Below the pieces are notes generated by a model, which was not told where the DNA came from, did not search any database, and saw only the letters and a list, made by a program, of their open reading frames with translations. From Verrucomicrobiia bacterium (GTDB taxonomy: Bacteria; Verrucomicrobiota; Verrucomicrobiia; Limisphaerales; UBA1319), in the NCBI GenBank assembly GCA_963664225.1, contig OY760937.1, positions 160,001 to 224,000 of the forward strand: a stretch of 64,000 nucleotides of DNA. Reading direction: 5' to 3'. The translations under genes were made by a program, and so were the position numbers. Numbering within the stretch: the first letter of the stretch is position 1; every line of letters starts with the position of its first letter. This document shows positions 63,202 to 64,000 of this stretch, in pieces.

Positions 63202-63495
63202 TTGTTTCAATATTATTTTGCGCATATGGGATATCCTGATGCCCCAGATTGGTTCGTTGTGATTTTTGGGATTGTCCCATTTCACATTGGCTGCGCATTG
63301 GGGGGACTAGATAAATTGGTTGGCTATAGCACCGCTGCTGTCATCTGCCAGAGTGTGATGCTCGTGTTGTTATTGGCGGGAGCTTTTTTTGTTTTCCGAT
63401 CACCCAAGTATTCGGTTTTGTTTAAAATATTTTACCTGCCAGTTGGTTATCCGCTCGTCACGGCAACCACTAACATTATACCTTGTTTATTGTGA
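63202..63495 (+). CDS. Low-GC membrane protein following attC (start uncertain)
   Basis: Hydrophobic AT-rich ORF immediately after GTTAGGC. Confidence 0.45.
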   Translation: MFQYYFAHMGYPDAPDWFVVIFGIVPFHIGCALGGLDKLVGYSTAAVICQSVMLVLLLAGAFFVFRSPKYSVLFKIFYLPVGYPLVTATTNIIPCLL

Positions 63496-63835
63496 GTGGT
63501 ACAGCTTTCTACGTTGATCACACACCTGGCAACCGCTCCTCCTGCTTCCTTCGCTCCGTTTAGGTCTCGACAGTTCGGCGTAGCGCAGCTTGCCTAAGCT
63601 GCTGTATCGCCGGTTGCCAACCGGTCCGGCGGCAGTTAATCCAACCCGCGCCTCCGAGCTTTCCCCTCTGCCCTCCGCCCTCATTGCCTTTTTCCCGACC
63701 AATGACTACGGACCAAGGACCAAGGACGTTTTTCCCAGCGGCCCTTCGCCCTCCGCCCTCCGCCCTCTGACCTCCGCCCGTTGCCGCCATTGTGCCGCTT
63801 TGACTTTCGGGGTGGGTTCCGGTAGCGTTCGCGCC

Positions 63836-64000
63836 ATGAACGTGATACGCGTGGGTCAGAGGGATTACGAAGCCAGCCTGGAAAAGTTGCTGGCGCCGTC
63901 GAGTTTGTTCGATCCTCAAATCGAACAACGCGCGCGGGAGATTGTCCATGCCGTGGAAAAGGGCGGCGATGCGGCGCTTGCGGAATTAACAGCCAAATAC
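63836..64000 (+). CDS. hisD: Histidinol dehydrogenase, N-terminus (runs off window)
   Basis: Manual translation MNVIRVGQRDYEASLEKLL..REIVHAVEKGGDAALAELTAKY; TTGACT-17-TAGCGT promoter. Confidence 0.8.
   Translation, partial: MNVIRVGQRDYEASLEKLLAPSSLFDPQIEQRAREIVHAVEKGGDAALAELTAKY

Overview
GC-rich bacterial chromosomal window. Gene and repeat content suggest Verrucomicrobiota (inference). It carries housekeeping genes (prmC, lipA, pyrR-pyrB, nadA, rplU-rpmA-obgE, trxB, SOD, fcl, fkp, start of hisD), tRNA-Gln(TTG), tRNA-Ser(GCT), three PAS histidine kinases, glycoside hydrolases (GH2, GH92, GH20-like/ThuA) and three pilin-like genes. Most notable: (1) a 1,738-bp IS4/IS701-like element with a probable AbrB-like/DDE -1 frameshift fusion, inserted into a REP-like hairpin beside an IS200-type tnpA and duplicating exactly the 22-bp stem-loop; (2) two sigma54-driven pilins sharing a candidate pseudoknotted 5' leader RNA; (3) an attC gene-cassette cluster with no integrase in the window, including a lone JAB/MPN protease; (4) a RAYT with several GTAG-type REP families and arrays; (5) an XRE + ImmA/IrrE module with one in-frame stop, bracketed by ~435-bp direct repeats; (6) repeated signatures of leaderless transcription.
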